Positions 41,568 through 51,883 of a stretch of 64,000 nucleotides of DNA are shown piece after piece; positions within the stretch are counted from its first letter, which is position 1; each line of letters begins with the position of its first letter. The DNA is from Rickettsiales bacterium. Its GTDB lineage: Bacteria > Pseudomonadota > Alphaproteobacteria > Rs-D84 > CACZYB01. Location of the stretch: assembly GCA_031263095.1 (NCBI GenBank), contig JAISGI010000015.1, positions 12,328 through 76,327 on the forward strand, in the 5' to 3' direction. The position numbers and the translations under genes were made by a program. The notes under the pieces are model-generated. The model had not been told where the DNA came from. It ran no database searches and saw only the letters and a list, made by a program, of their open reading frames with translations.

Positions 41568-42470
41568 TTACATCTTTTTAACATTCGCTCCGCGGCGCAG
41601 ACGGTCGAAGTACTTGTTCGAATAAACCTCGAGCTTGCCGCCAAGCAGGCTCCATTTTAGCCGCGCCTTGTCCTCGTCCGTGGCTGTGATGTCCTTTTTC
41701 TGCTTGTCGCACACGAAGAAGATTGTAAGCGTATCCTCGAACGCAAGCGGAGCAAGAGTGTCGCCGACGCTGGCACCCTGCGCAAGAGCTTTGAGCTCCG
41801 GTTGCATCTGAACCTCCATTATGACGATTTTCTCGCCCGAGATCCCGGTTCCGCCCTCGCGCGCGACGGCCGCGAATTCTTCGCACGATTTCGCTCCAGC
41901 CACGGATTTCTGGGCATTCTCGATGTCGGGTTTGGCCACCAAGTAGGGCACGAGCGAGTACTCGAACGAGCTTGTCCCGTTCTGCTCGGCAAACACGCCG
42001 TCAACCTCCCTGTCCGAGGCGTTCACATATGCGCGCAGGACTTGGAAAGTAAGCTTGGACCACAGGACGTCGGCCTTGGCTTGGGATTTAAGCGTGTCCT
42101 CGGCAATCCCCTCCTTGGCCATAAGGGCTTTTAGGCCCTCCGCGGTGGTATTGTAGAATTTCGCGAACTTTTCTATGGATTCGGATGTTTCTTTCTCGTC
42201 CGCGGTAATCTTGTACTTTGCCGCCTCTTGCACACGAACAATGTCGTCTATCATGTTGTCGAGCATGTGGGTATAAAGCGCATCCTCCGGCGGCAGCTTG
42301 GCCTCGATAAGCGGGGCCAAGGCCTTGATAAGCCTGACCCGCGCAGAGACTTCGGCCGAGGTGATAATCTCGCCGTTCACGACCGCCGCGATTTTGACTT
42401 CCGCGGCAATGGCGGAAAACCCGAATAGTAATAACATCAAAATTATTATTTTATTTTTTGCCTTGTTCAT
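41568..42470 (-). CDS. surA: periplasmic chaperone, SurA N-terminal-domain family
   Basis: Signal peptide plus a SurA-N-like helical chaperone region, immediately downstream of lptD as in the lptD-surA operon. No clear parvulin domain. Confidence 0.55.
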   Translation of the reverse strand: MNKAKNKIIILMLLLFGFSAIAAEVKIAAVVNGEIITSAEVSARVRLIKALAPLIEAKLPPEDALYTHMLDNMIDDIVRVQEAAKYKITADEKETSESIEKFAKFYNTTAEGLKALMAKEGIAEDTLKSQAKADVLWSKLTFQVLRAYVNASDREVDGVFAEQNGTSSFEYSLVPYLVAKPDIENAQKSVAGAKSCEEFAAVAREGGTGISGEKIVIMEVQMQPELKALAQGASVGDTLAPLAFEDTLTIFFVCDKQKKDITATDEDKARLKWSLLGGKLEVYSNKYFDRLRRGANVKKM

Positions 42471-42481
42471 TTTCTCCTCCT

Positions 42482-44629
42482 TTATTTATACATTCCGACG
42501 CCGGATATGCCGTTGGTCTCCGAAAGGCTTGAACCATACCCGATTGTGCCGAGCGTGTTGTACGTGACGGTCAAGTATATCGACTTGTTCCCTTCATAGT
42601 CGCGGTCGCGCATATAGTCGTTGGCAAGGTTCAGTGCCGCGCGGAAGCAGTTGTTCTCGAACGCGACGCCGCCCACTATCTGAAGCGTCTTGTTCGCGTT
42701 GAAGTCATACTTGTTCGCAGCAAACACGCTCCAAGTGCGGGTAAGCTGGCTCGAGATTCTGGTGTTGAGCTCGTCTTTCCTCTGGTTGTCGCCGTCCTCG
42801 GTGAATATGCTGCGCAGATAGACGTAGTTGGCAGTGAAGTTCAAAGCCCTTGGGCCTATCTGGAACCGGAGGTCCTGCCGGTTCATTGAGAAATTCTCGT
42901 GGTTCATGCGGAACTTGTACCCAAGATAGAGGAACCCCGACGGGCGATAGCTTATGTCCGATACGACGTCCGAGAATCCGTCTCCGCTTGCAAGGCCCGA
43001 GCCGTCAAGGTAAAGCTCCTCCGGCGTGTCGATGTTATAGTTCTGGCCAAGGAATACCGAAGTCCGCCCGCCGAATGTATAGCGAAGCCCATAATTGGCG
43101 CGCGTACCGGACTCGAAAAGGTCATAACCTGCGAACCTGTCCTCCTGGAACAGGTTGTCCGAATCAAGCTCCATGTACTTCGAGTCCATGTTCGGTATTG
43201 AATCCGGACGGTTGGCTTTCGGCGAGGCTATTATCTGCGCCGTAGGCTCGAGTATCTCCTTGCCTCTGACTAAAGGATAGCGCCACATCGCACTCGCTTG
43301 GGTCGAGGCGATTGCCTCGCTCCCGCTGAAATGCTCGCCGTTTTGCTGCATTATGTCCGAAAGAGAATACACATCCGCCCGCGCGGAAAGCCCGAAGTCG
43401 AACAAATGCCCGCCGTCCGTGCGCGCCGGCTGCAGATACTTGGTCTGTGCGGACGTGCGGAAATAGCTCTCGTCAGGAGTGTTTGTCTTGGTATATTCGC
43501 GAAGTATCCGGGCCGAGTTCAGGTTCGTATCCCACTGCCCTCCGGCCGAGTTGGTCTCGCTTATCCTGCGATAGTTGACAATGGGGAGCACTTTTGGGCT
43601 GAACCCGTCCGGCACCTGGCGCAGGTCTTGGTAGGTATAGGTATCGAGCGTAAGATAGCTTTTTCCTCGCACCCCTTCCAAATGCGCGCGCGAGGTAAGC
43701 CACGGATCGGTATTCAGCTCGTAAAGGCGAAGATAGGTATCATCCGACGTGCGGCTGAAGTCGATTTTCGCCCGCCAGGTATTGTCGAACTCCATATAGT
43801 CGTATATGTTGTAGTACCAGCGGGCGTTCTCGCTCTCGTTTTCGCCCCTCTTGTAATTTCCGAACAGCCGGGCGGTCATGAAGTCCTGGTTGGTGCGGTA
43901 TTCTCCCTCATAGATAAGGCCGCGCTTTGTCGTGAATATGGGAGTGAAGGTCAGGTCGTTGTATCTGTTTATATTCAGGTACGCCGGCTGACGATATACG
44001 GTGCCAAGGACGTTGGACATTCCGATTGCCGGGGTAAGAAATCCGGTCTTGTTCTTGACGTTCGGGCCATAGTTTGTAAAGAACGGAAGCCAGAATATCG
44101 GCACGTCCCACATGTACACGACCGCATTTTTATATAAAAGCTGCCCCGATTCTTGGTAATGGGTCACTCTCGAGGCGCCGATTTTCCAAGTAGGGGTCTC
44201 CCCGCAGTCGAGAAGCTCTTTCTTGCATGCCGAGTATTCGACGTTCTGCATGACTATGGTGTCGTCGCCCCGCACCTCCATCCCGTCGGATTTAAGGGCG
44301 GCCGCAGTGCCAAGCTCGACTTTGGCTTCGCCAAGCGTCCCGGTCGCGGTATCGGTGTTGTACAAAAGGTCGCGCGTGGTTATCGTGGCCTCTTTGGTTT
44401 TCATGTCGATTTTTCCGTCGACCTCGATTTCGTTTTTCTGGGCGTCGAACTCGATGGCATTGGCTCTCATGTCGCGCCCGCCCTCCGAAAGCGTTATTCC
44501 GCCTATGGCCGTGAATTTGTCCGAGGTTTTGTCATAAACTACCGCCTGGCCGGTAAAATCGACCTCTCCAGCAAGCGCGGACGAACCGAAAAACAACAAA
44601 AATAATCCCAACCGCCGCCCGACTTTCAT
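42482..44629 (-). CDS. lptD: LPS assembly outer-membrane protein LptD
   Basis: 715 aa with a signal peptide, an N-terminal OstA-like domain and a large C-terminal beta-barrel. It overlaps the upstream permease gene by 4 nt. Confidence 0.85.
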   Translation of the reverse strand: MKVGRRLGLFLLFFGSSALAGEVDFTGQAVVYDKTSDKFTAIGGITLSEGGRDMRANAIEFDAQKNEIEVDGKIDMKTKEATITTRDLLYNTDTATGTLGEAKVELGTAAALKSDGMEVRGDDTIVMQNVEYSACKKELLDCGETPTWKIGASRVTHYQESGQLLYKNAVVYMWDVPIFWLPFFTNYGPNVKNKTGFLTPAIGMSNVLGTVYRQPAYLNINRYNDLTFTPIFTTKRGLIYEGEYRTNQDFMTARLFGNYKRGENESENARWYYNIYDYMEFDNTWRAKIDFSRTSDDTYLRLYELNTDPWLTSRAHLEGVRGKSYLTLDTYTYQDLRQVPDGFSPKVLPIVNYRRISETNSAGGQWDTNLNSARILREYTKTNTPDESYFRTSAQTKYLQPARTDGGHLFDFGLSARADVYSLSDIMQQNGEHFSGSEAIASTQASAMWRYPLVRGKEILEPTAQIIASPKANRPDSIPNMDSKYMELDSDNLFQEDRFAGYDLFESGTRANYGLRYTFGGRTSVFLGQNYNIDTPEELYLDGSGLASGDGFSDVVSDISYRPSGFLYLGYKFRMNHENFSMNRQDLRFQIGPRALNFTANYVYLRSIFTEDGDNQRKDELNTRISSQLTRTWSVFAANKYDFNANKTLQIVGGVAFENNCFRAALNLANDYMRDRDYEGNKSIYLTVTYNTLGTIGYGSSLSETNGISGVGMYK

Positions 44630-45717
44630 TTAAGCCGCCTTGCAAGGAATATTATTCCGCCGATTGCGGATATATAGACAACCGGCCATATATAGCGGTT
44701 GATTGCCATCGCGTCATAGGACGAGATAAGACCAATCTGCGCTCCGACCATAACCGCCGCGGCGATAATGCTGTGCCTGCTTGCCGAGCGGGAGATTAAA
44801 GGGCTCGAGAATATTGCCGCAAGCGCGATAAGCGCGAACAATACGTTCATAAGCGGGGACAAGAGCCGCCGGTGCAGCTCGACCATAATCCTCAAATAGT
44901 GATTATCGCTATGCGCAAGCCCGCGCTCGCGCGCGAACAAAAGGTCTAAGGCCGAGAATTCATCCAAATTCGGGCTTCTCTCCTCCTGCTGGGATACAAG
45001 GCCAAGGTCGGCCGTATAGTGTTCGAACGTGCCGAAAGTGTATTTGTCGCCGTTCTTCTCCTGTATGCTGCCGTTCTCTAGGATAAGTATGGCCGAGTCT
45101 TTGCTCGGGCGTATAATACCTTTTTGGGCGATTATGGTGCGCGCCATGCCGGAGCGCCGACTGTCGTTGACAAATATGTCGCTCATGGTGTTGTTGAAGG
45201 CGCTTTTGACATAGATTGTGACGCCTTGGGTAAGTTGGTTGAACTCGCCCTCTTTGATAAGCAGGGCCGATAGGTCGTTTTTGGACGAGGAAATCATGTT
45301 GCGGTATGCGCGCGAACCTGCCGGCGCGACGAACATGGTACACGCATAGGCGACTATCATGCCGGCAGCCGCGACGATAAGAGCCGGTCGTGCAAGCCGC
45401 TTGGGCGGCAGGCCCGCGGCCTCCATTATGACAAGCTCCCTGTCCGCGATAAGACGGTTATATACGAACAGTATTACGGAAAATATCGCGATAGGCATGA
45501 TTATGACAATCAGGTCTGGAAGCAAAAGGGACGTCATCTTTATGAACGTCCAGAAAGAAAGCGAGTTGTTCACAAGATAGGACAGCAGGCGGATAATCTG
45601 GGAAAACCAGGCAATGCCAAGCAGAATCGCGCCGACTATGGCGGCGCCTGCGACAATCTGCCCCGCTATGTACCTGTCAAGGGTGCTTGGTTTTCGAAAC
45701 ATACGCCGATGATACAC
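44626..45717 (-). CDS. LptF/LptG-family LPS export permease
   Basis: YjgP/YjgQ architecture, translationally coupled to lptD. Confidence 0.75.
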   Translation of the reverse strand: MYHRRMFRKPSTLDRYIAGQIVAGAAIVGAILLGIAWFSQIIRLLSYLVNNSLSFWTFIKMTSLLLPDLIVIIMPIAIFSVILFVYNRLIADRELVIMEAAGLPPKRLARPALIVAAAGMIVAYACTMFVAPAGSRAYRNMISSSKNDLSALLIKEGEFNQLTQGVTIYVKSAFNNTMSDIFVNDSRRSGMARTIIAQKGIIRPSKDSAILILENGSIQEKNGDKYTFGTFEHYTADLGLVSQQEERSPNLDEFSALDLLFARERGLAHSDNHYLRIMVELHRRLLSPLMNVLFALIALAAIFSSPLISRSASRHSIIAAAVMVGAQIGLISSYDAMAINRYIWPVVYISAIGGIIFLARRLK

Positions 45718-45814
45718 CGTGCCATTGCCTAACTCAATAAATTTTTTCTGTTATTCTTGACACCAACCGCGACTTATGGTATATTCTAAAAGTCAACCAA
45801 AGGAGAAGACAATA

Positions 45815-46416
45815 ATGACATATATGAACAAAGTACGTACGGGGGGGGGCAAAAGGCTAAATACATAGCATTCGCACTTCTCTTACTATCTGCCAATAAC
45901 TCTCAATCATCCAATTATTATACCTGTACCGCATGCACAATTCCTGGCGCATGCCAGGCTGGAGCGACGCAAGAGTGCACATACAACGTAATGCTTACTA
46001 AGGCAAGCGCGATAGGTTGTTTCGGCTCGCCCTCCAAGGAAAGTTGGACGCTTGTGGACAAGGTAACAAGCGGCAACAGGTCCGGCACCTTGCAAAAGGG
46101 AATATATAGGTTCGAGGCTATAATCCCCGGTCATCCCGGCCATGCAAGCACAGCCGCAGTGGTCTTCGACCACCCGGTCGGCTATATAATGTACAGGCAA
46201 GCCTCAACCGGAACGCCGGGTTGGCCTAACATCACATGCGACGCATGCCCTGGAATCCTTGTGGATTTGAACAGTCAGACATACTCCGGTGCGTCGCTGT
46301 TCTTCGTGGCAAACGGCGCTGGTATCGGGACAGGCTCGAATGTTCCAAATATAACAACCGAAGCCGACATGGATTCCGCTTCAGGAGTGCACGCGGCTAT
46401 ATACAAGCTGAACTAG
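45815..46416 (+). CDS. phase-variable family copy K; G9 at 45841-45849 (ON at 10 G)
   Basis: Leader GTCAACCAAAGGAGAAGACAATA-ATG ACA TAT ATG AAC AAA GTA CGT ACG-G9. At 10 G it reads MTYMNKVRTGGGQKAKYIAFALLLLSANNSQSSNYYTCTACTIPGACQAGATQECTYNVMLTKASAIGCFGSPSKESWTLVD...AAIYKLN. The promoter has TGGTATATT. Confidence 0.8.
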
Positions 46417-46424
46417 AGGGCAGG

Positions 46425-46492
46425 GCGCAGGGAAGATTGGCGGCACGGACTTTGGTTAGACGCTAAGCACCTCCCGCCAATCTTCTCTGCGC
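46425..46492 (+). ncRNA. family 3'UTR hairpin element (copy K)
   Basis: Stem GCGCAGGGAAGATTGGCGG pairs with CCGCCAATCTTCTCTGCGC, the single mismatch being G·U. The loop is CACGGACTTTGGTTAGACGCTAAGCACCTC. Confidence 0.55.
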
Positions 46493-46516
46493 CCGAGCCA
46501 AAAAATAAATATCCCT

Positions 46517-47242
46517 CTACCATCTAAGAGTCAACTTTTCGAACATTGCGCGGAGCTTGGCCTCGAATTCGGTATCGGTAAAGAACTGCATTATGTCCGC
46601 GGACGAGGGCACGCCATCGGCATTCTTATCGACGGGGCGGTACCGCTGCACCGCATAGTTCCGCACACCGAGCCGCGACAGGAGCGAGGCCAGCTCGAGT
46701 ATTGCCTCCTTGTCCAATACGCGCGGATCTGCGGTAGTGCGCACTTCGAACGGCAGACAGCTTTTAAGAAGCAGGTCGAGAGACCTGAACGCCGCCTCGG
46801 CCGACCCGGGCACGCACGTTATATCCTCGTAAAGCCGAGCCGGCGCCTTGATGTCAAGCCCAACCCAATCGACAAGGGGCAGTAGGTCCTCCACCGCGTC
46901 CGGCAGGCACCCGTTCGTATGCAACCCTATTTTGAAGTCCGGAGATATGAAATGTATGTCCGCGATAGCGTTCGCAACCTCCTTTGACTGCATTGTAGCC
47001 TCTCCGCCCGAGAACACTACAGCGTCGATGACCTTTGTGCGTCTCGACAACATGTCCAAGACATACTGCCAGTTTTCGATGTCTTGCTCGGCCGCCTGCC
47101 TCGCCTCGAACAGGTGGGGGTTCGAGCAATACACGCACCTCCAAGGACAGCCCTGAAGGAATACGACCATCGCGACCTTTCCCGGATAGTCGATTGTGGT
47201 AAAGGGGACAAGCCCGCCGACGATGATTTTAGAACTCGCCAT
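46517..47242 (-). CDS. nrdG: anaerobic ribonucleoside-triphosphate reductase activating protein (radical SAM)
   Basis: CxxxCxxC-type cluster motif (GCPWRCVYCSNP). Confidence 0.8.
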   Translation of the reverse strand: MASSKIIVGGLVPFTTIDYPGKVAMVVFLQGCPWRCVYCSNPHLFEARQAAEQDIENWQYVLDMLSRRTKVIDAVVFSGGEATMQSKEVANAIADIHFISPDFKIGLHTNGCLPDAVEDLLPLVDWVGLDIKAPARLYEDITCVPGSAEAAFRSLDLLLKSCLPFEVRTTADPRVLDKEAILELASLLSRLGVRNYAVQRYRPVDKNADGVPSSADIMQFFTDTEFEAKLRAMFEKLTLRW

Positions 47243-47918
47243 TTAAGTATCCCTCAAGGTATTCTAGCCACTCCGCGGCATCTATTTCAAGGAAATATTG
47301 CCTTAGGAATTCGACCATTATCGCCTTGCGTTTTTCTGCTTCCGCCTTGCCCGGCTCGGTCAGCATAAAGCTGCTCAGGCGCAAAAGCTTCTCGAAAAAG
47401 TGGTTGATTGCTGTGTTCGCCGGCCGGTCAAGGTGCTTGTAATCCTCAATGGAAAGGTCAAGCTCGGGGAACAGGTCGCGCCTGAACGTCCCGCCGCCCC
47501 ATTTTGTATGGGAGATTATGTTCCGCGCTATGCCGTGGGCGCCTATGGCGTCGCACATGTCCGCATCCGACACGATTTTCGCCTCTATGCTGGATGGCAC
47601 GACGCCGGACAAACGCTTGGAGTATCCAATGGTCTTGATAAGGAAAAGGATTTCTTTCTGCGCCTCGCCCGGCACCTGCGCCGCGTCCATAACTACGCGC
47701 GCATTGGCAAGCCCGCCTGCGACCCCAGCTCCGACTAGCTTATAGTCGTCAACATCGTGCAGCCACGCTCCAGCCACGGCAATCTCGCGATTCGCCTTTG
47801 GCGTGAAAAGACAGAACCGCTCGGTCAAAGCAACGGTGTTCAGTATATGCTCCGCCCCGTGTCCGGTCTTGTCGTCCCGTACTATTTTAAGCACCGAAGT
47901 TTTTATTTTCTCAAGCAT
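47229..47918 (-). CDS. HD-domain phosphohydrolase
   Basis: H..HD motif (AGAWLHDVDDYK). Confidence 0.55.
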   Translation of the reverse strand: MLEKIKTSVLKIVRDDKTGHGAEHILNTVALTERFCLFTPKANREIAVAGAWLHDVDDYKLVGAGVAGGLANARVVMDAAQVPGEAQKEILFLIKTIGYSKRLSGVVPSSIEAKIVSDADMCDAIGAHGIARNIISHTKWGGGTFRRDLFPELDLSIEDYKHLDRPANTAINHFFEKLLRLSSFMLTEPGKAEAEKRKAIMVEFLRQYFLEIDAAEWLEYLEGYLNGEF

Positions 47919-47919
47919 T

Positions 47920-48501
47920 CTAGGCCCTTTCGTTCGAATATATGTACAGCGGTCCGCTGGCGAAGTTGACGAATTTGTCCGTATTTACAAGACGCATTCC
48001 GGCAAGCTTGAACTTGTTCGATATTATGAGCGTTTTTGAGGGTAGCTCGCGCTTCAACTTGCCCGTAATCTTTGCGTTCGCGGCCCTGCTAAGGTAAAGA
48101 TATACCGCGTCCGGCCGAACGGCTCCGATGTCCGCCTTGAATATGTCCGCTGAAATGGCCGAAGCGTTTTTAAGACCAAGAATCCGCCGCTTTATATTGA
48201 ACAAAAGCCTGATGTACGGATTATGCTCTATGCCTATTGAGCGGGCAAGGGGAAAGCGCTGCGCGACAAAAAGGACGATTCGCCCGCTGCCGCAGCCAAG
48301 GTCTAGGAATGTGAATTTACGCCCGGAAAAACGCTTGATAAGTAGTGGCTCAAGCCTGTTGCACGCTATCCGGGTCGAGGGTAGCGGCACAGCCGATCCG
48401 CTCCTGAACGACATGAACGCGAACAAGATGAAATAATGCACCGCCACAAGCGTTAGCGCTATGTTGGCAAGTATAAGTACGATGTCTTTGATTTCGCTCA
48501 T
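47920..48501 (-). CDS. class I SAM-dependent methyltransferase
   Basis: Motif I LDLGCGSGRIVLF. A TM helix may be present at the N-terminus. Confidence 0.55.
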   Translation of the reverse strand: MSEIKDIVLILANIALTLVAVHYFILFAFMSFRSGSAVPLPSTRIACNRLEPLLIKRFSGRKFTFLDLGCGSGRIVLFVAQRFPLARSIGIEHNPYIRLLFNIKRRILGLKNASAISADIFKADIGAVRPDAVYLYLSRAANAKITGKLKRELPSKTLIISNKFKLAGMRLVNTDKFVNFASGPLYIYSNERA

Positions 48502-48592
48502 GTCTTTTCTCTAAAAAACTGCTGGAATCCGGCGGTTTGTACGACGAATTCCAGCACATATTTCTAAAACGGATTTATTACATAAATTCGCT

Positions 48593-48796
48593 TTAAGCAG
48601 CTTTCCGCTCGCACAGGCAGAATCCTTCCATCGAGGCAAGCGTGGCCGGCTCGGTGAAGAAACGGCGCTCCTTGAACTCGGACTTTTTGCCCTTGTTGAA
48701 GTTCTGCACCGGGCGACAGTATCCCATGGCGCGGGTCCAAACCTCGCACTTGGTGCGAAGCTTCATATCTATGTTGTCGAAAGTCATCATTGCCAT
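48593..48796 (-). CDS. stand-alone glycyl-radical domain of class III RNR (NrdD C-terminal-like small protein)
   Basis: An AAGGAGG Shine-Dalgarno site precedes the ATG at 48796. MAMMTFDNIDMKLRTKCEVWTRAMGYCRPVQNFNKGKKSEFKERRFF carries the R-x-x-G-Y-x-R-P...N-x-G-K...E glycyl-radical signature that is missing from the NrdD ORF upstream. Confidence 0.5.
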   Translation of the reverse strand: MAMMTFDNIDMKLRTKCEVWTRAMGYCRPVQNFNKGKKSEFKERRFFTEPATLASMEGFCLCERKAA

Positions 48797-48864
48797 TTCA
48801 AGTCCTCCTTTTGTTGTTTCTTTTTTAACCACTCTACACAAATCATCGTCTCTACATATAATTT

Positions 48865-50895
48865 CTAAGCAACTTTGCGTTGGGTAAGCTCCTCGTCGCA
48901 GATAGGGCAATACTCGTGCTCCCCCGCGATATACCCATGTTTCGGACAGATCGAGAATGTCGGCGTAATCGTTATGTACGGCACGCGGTAGTTCTCGAAT
49001 ACCTTGCGGATTATGTCGCGGCACACCTGGCTGTCGGAAATCCGCTCTGCCATATAGAGGTGCAACACTGTGCCGCCGGTGTAAAGCGTCTGAAGCTTGT
49101 CCTGCAGATCGAGCGCCTCGAACGGATCGTCGGTATATCCGGCATGCACCTGCGAGGAATTGGTGTAATAAGGAGCCTCTTTCGTCCCGGCCTGGATTAT
49201 ATCGGAATAGGCTTTTGCATCCTCCTTGGCGAAACGGTAGGTAGTACCTTCGGCAGGAGTGGCCTCGAGGTTGTACATATGCCCGGTCTCCTCCTGGAAC
49301 TCCACCATCTTGGTGCGTATGTGCTCAAGGAATTCAACCGCCATCTTTTGCCCGCGCGGGTCGGTAATATCGTACTCGTCCTCGGTAAAGTTGCGTATCA
49401 TCTCGTTGATGCCGTTGACACCAATGGTCGAGAAATGGTTCTTCAAAGTTCCCAAGTACCTTTTCGTGAACGGATAAAGCCCGCCGTCCATAAGCTTCTG
49501 TATGGTCTTGCGCTTTATCTCGAGCGAGGTTTTCGCAAGGTTCATAAGCTGGTCAAGGCGATAGTACAGCCCCTCCATGTTGCCCTTGTGGTTATAGCCA
49601 AGCCTGGCGCAGTTGATTGTCACAACGCCGACCGACCCGGTCTGCTCTGCGCTGCCGAACAAGCCGTTCCCACGTTTCAAGAGCTCGCGCACGTCCAGCC
49701 TCAACCTACAACACATCGAACGAACGTCCGTGGGCTTCAGGTCGGAATTTATGAAGTTCTGGAAATACGGTAGTCCGTACTTGGCTGTCATCTCGAACAG
49801 AAGATCCGCCGTCTCTCCCTCCCACTTGAAGTCCTTGGTAACATTATATGTGGGTATGGGGAAAGTGAACGGCCGTCCCTTTGCATCTCCCGAAGTCATG
49901 ACTTCGATATATGCCTTGTTTATCATGTCCATCTCGGTTTGCAGGTCGCCATAGGTAAAGTCCACCTCTCGCCCGCCGATTTTCGGATGCACGTCCTTCA
50001 GGTCGGCCGGACACACGCCGTCGAAAGTAAAGTTGGTGAACGGCGTCTGTGTGCCCCACCGGGACGGAACGTTCAGGTTGTAGATAAGCTCCTGCATCTT
50101 CTGCTTCACCTCGCGATAGGTCATGCCGTCAAGCTTGATGTACGGGGCAAGGTAAGTATCGACCGAGGAAAACGCCTGCGCGCCCGCCCATTCGTTCTGC
50201 AAGGTGCCCATGAAGTTGACCATCTGGCCGACTGCCGCGGACAAATGCTTGGGCGCGACCGATTCGACATGCCCCGGCACGCCGTTGAAGCCTTCCTCCA
50301 AGAGGGTGCGCAAAGACCAGCCCGCGCAATATCCCGAAAGCATGGAAAGGTCGTGTATGTGATAGTCGCCATTCCTATGTGCCTCGCCTACCTCCTTGGG
50401 ATATATGTGGGAGAGCCAATAGTTGGCTATCACCTTGCCGGAAATGGAGAGAATCATTCCGCCAAGGGAATAGCCCTGATTGGCATTTTCGTTCACGCGC
50501 CAGTCAAGCTGGTCTATGTATTCGTTGACTGTGGAATCGACGTCAACCTTGATTTTCTCGGATTCGCGGTTGCTTGCGCGCTTCTCACGGTATATTATAT
50601 AGGCCTTGGCAGTTTCGAAATGCCCGGCGTTGATAAGCGCCTGCTCGATAATATCCTGTATTTTCTCCAAAAATACGGCCTGCTCGGCGGAATATTTGTG
50701 GTTTATGACATCGACGACGCTGTTCGTGATGGATATAAGCTCGTCCGCGGTAAAGGGTCTGACCGCATCTCCGGCCATCTTTATTGCTGCCGAGATTTTT
50801 CCGATGTCGAAAGGCACGATTTCGCCGTTCCTTTTGACCACGCTTTTCGGCACTACCTTTTTGGTTGGCGCAAGCTCGATAACATTGTCCACCAC
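48865..50895 (-). CDS. nrdD: anaerobic ribonucleoside-triphosphate reductase, large subunit
   Basis: 676 aa with an ATP-cone-like N-terminus, a conserved catalytic core (CCRLRLD, NxGxxxxS) and a C-terminal zinc ribbon (CPKHGY...CPICDE). It ends before the glycyl-radical motif. Confidence 0.9.
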   Translation of the reverse strand: MVDNVIELAPTKKVVPKSVVKRNGEIVPFDIGKISAAIKMAGDAVRPFTADELISITNSVVDVINHKYSAEQAVFLEKIQDIIEQALINAGHFETAKAYIIYREKRASNRESEKIKVDVDSTVNEYIDQLDWRVNENANQGYSLGGMILSISGKVIANYWLSHIYPKEVGEAHRNGDYHIHDLSMLSGYCAGWSLRTLLEEGFNGVPGHVESVAPKHLSAAVGQMVNFMGTLQNEWAGAQAFSSVDTYLAPYIKLDGMTYREVKQKMQELIYNLNVPSRWGTQTPFTNFTFDGVCPADLKDVHPKIGGREVDFTYGDLQTEMDMINKAYIEVMTSGDAKGRPFTFPIPTYNVTKDFKWEGETADLLFEMTAKYGLPYFQNFINSDLKPTDVRSMCCRLRLDVRELLKRGNGLFGSAEQTGSVGVVTINCARLGYNHKGNMEGLYYRLDQLMNLAKTSLEIKRKTIQKLMDGGLYPFTKRYLGTLKNHFSTIGVNGINEMIRNFTEDEYDITDPRGQKMAVEFLEHIRTKMVEFQEETGHMYNLEATPAEGTTYRFAKEDAKAYSDIIQAGTKEAPYYTNSSQVHAGYTDDPFEALDLQDKLQTLYTGGTVLHLYMAERISDSQVCRDIIRKVFENYRVPYITITPTFSICPKHGYIAGEHEYCPICDEELTQRKVA

Positions 50896-50935
50896 TTTTG
50901 TTTTCTCCCTGTAAGAAGTTTTCCTTATGTCTCTT

Positions 50936-50985
50936 GAAACACAATATATAGTGTTTTTCGCCGATTCACAACCAATATTTTGTGT
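50936..50985. promoter_or_regulatory. probable NrdR boxes upstream of nrdD
   Basis: Near-palindrome ACACAATATATAGTGT, with a weaker second box (ACAACCAATATTTTGTGT) about 30 bp away, in the nrdD 5' region. Confidence 0.4.
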
Positions 50986-51315
50986 TTTTTAACAATTTTT
51001 TTGCTTGACTGGAAAAAAGTTGGGGAAAATAGGGAGGTTAGAAAAAAAAGAAAAATATAAACTTTTTAAGGGACAAAAACGGCTGTGCGAAATGTCGATT
51101 TTGCGTCCAAAAATCTGGTCGTTTTTTGGCAAATTAGAGGTGTTTTGGCAAAGTTTTTGGTATAGCGCGATTCGTGGCCGATTCGTTCCGATTCTCGCGA
51201 CTTTATAGGGCTTCTGAAACACTTCCCGGCACACTAGAATTATTACAATCTTTTGTTGTTGCCATACCTGTGAAATCATGCTATTATATATGGGTCTAAC
51301 CAAAGGAGAAAGACG

Positions 51316-51883
51316 ATGAATAAGAACATACTGCGTACGGGGGGGGGCAAATAAGTATATAGCTACTGCGCTTCTCCTAATATCGGCTCAAACTCAATCT
51401 TCAAATTATTACACCTGCACAGCTTGCCCGCCTTTGCGCGACGCACCTGCCGGCTCGACCAGCTGCAAGCCGACCGGCGCGACTTGCCCAAAAAACCGCT
51501 TCCTGACCCTGGCCGAAGTTGAAAGTTGCCTCGGCGACATAGCGCTTGCCGAATGGGGCGAGGCGATCTTCACCGCGAGTATGAATAATCCGTCGCAAAC
51601 TCCGACAACTGTACAGCCGGGAATCTATAGGGCCGATACGTTCTACAATAATACATCGCTGGATGCCTCCGCGATATTCGTCGCGGACAAGCCCTTGGGT
51701 CTAAGCTTCCAGCATTCCTCGGACAATTTCTCCGTCCGCATAGATGCGGATAACGCGACGTATGCAAACCCTACCTCAAGCCTTGGCAACTGTAGCGTTT
51801 GCTCGCAAAACAGAACCGTAGAAACGCCGAACGTCGTGAACTATCCATCCGGCGCCAACAAAGGCTATCTGTACAGGCTCTAG
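51316..51883 (+). CDS. phase-variable family copy L; G9 at 51339-51347 (ON at 8 G)
   Basis: Leader GTCTAACCAAAGGAGAAAGACG-ATG AAT AAG AAC ATA CTG CGT ACG-G9. At 8 G it reads MNKNILRTGGANKYIATALLLISAQTQSSNYYTCTACPPLRDAPAGSTSCKPTGATCPKNRFLTLAEVESCLG...GYLYRL. It is preceded by ACTAGAATTATTACAAT (51233-51249) and a promoter with TATTATAT. Its stop overlaps the 3' end of the lipoprotein gene on the opposite strand. Confidence 0.8.
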
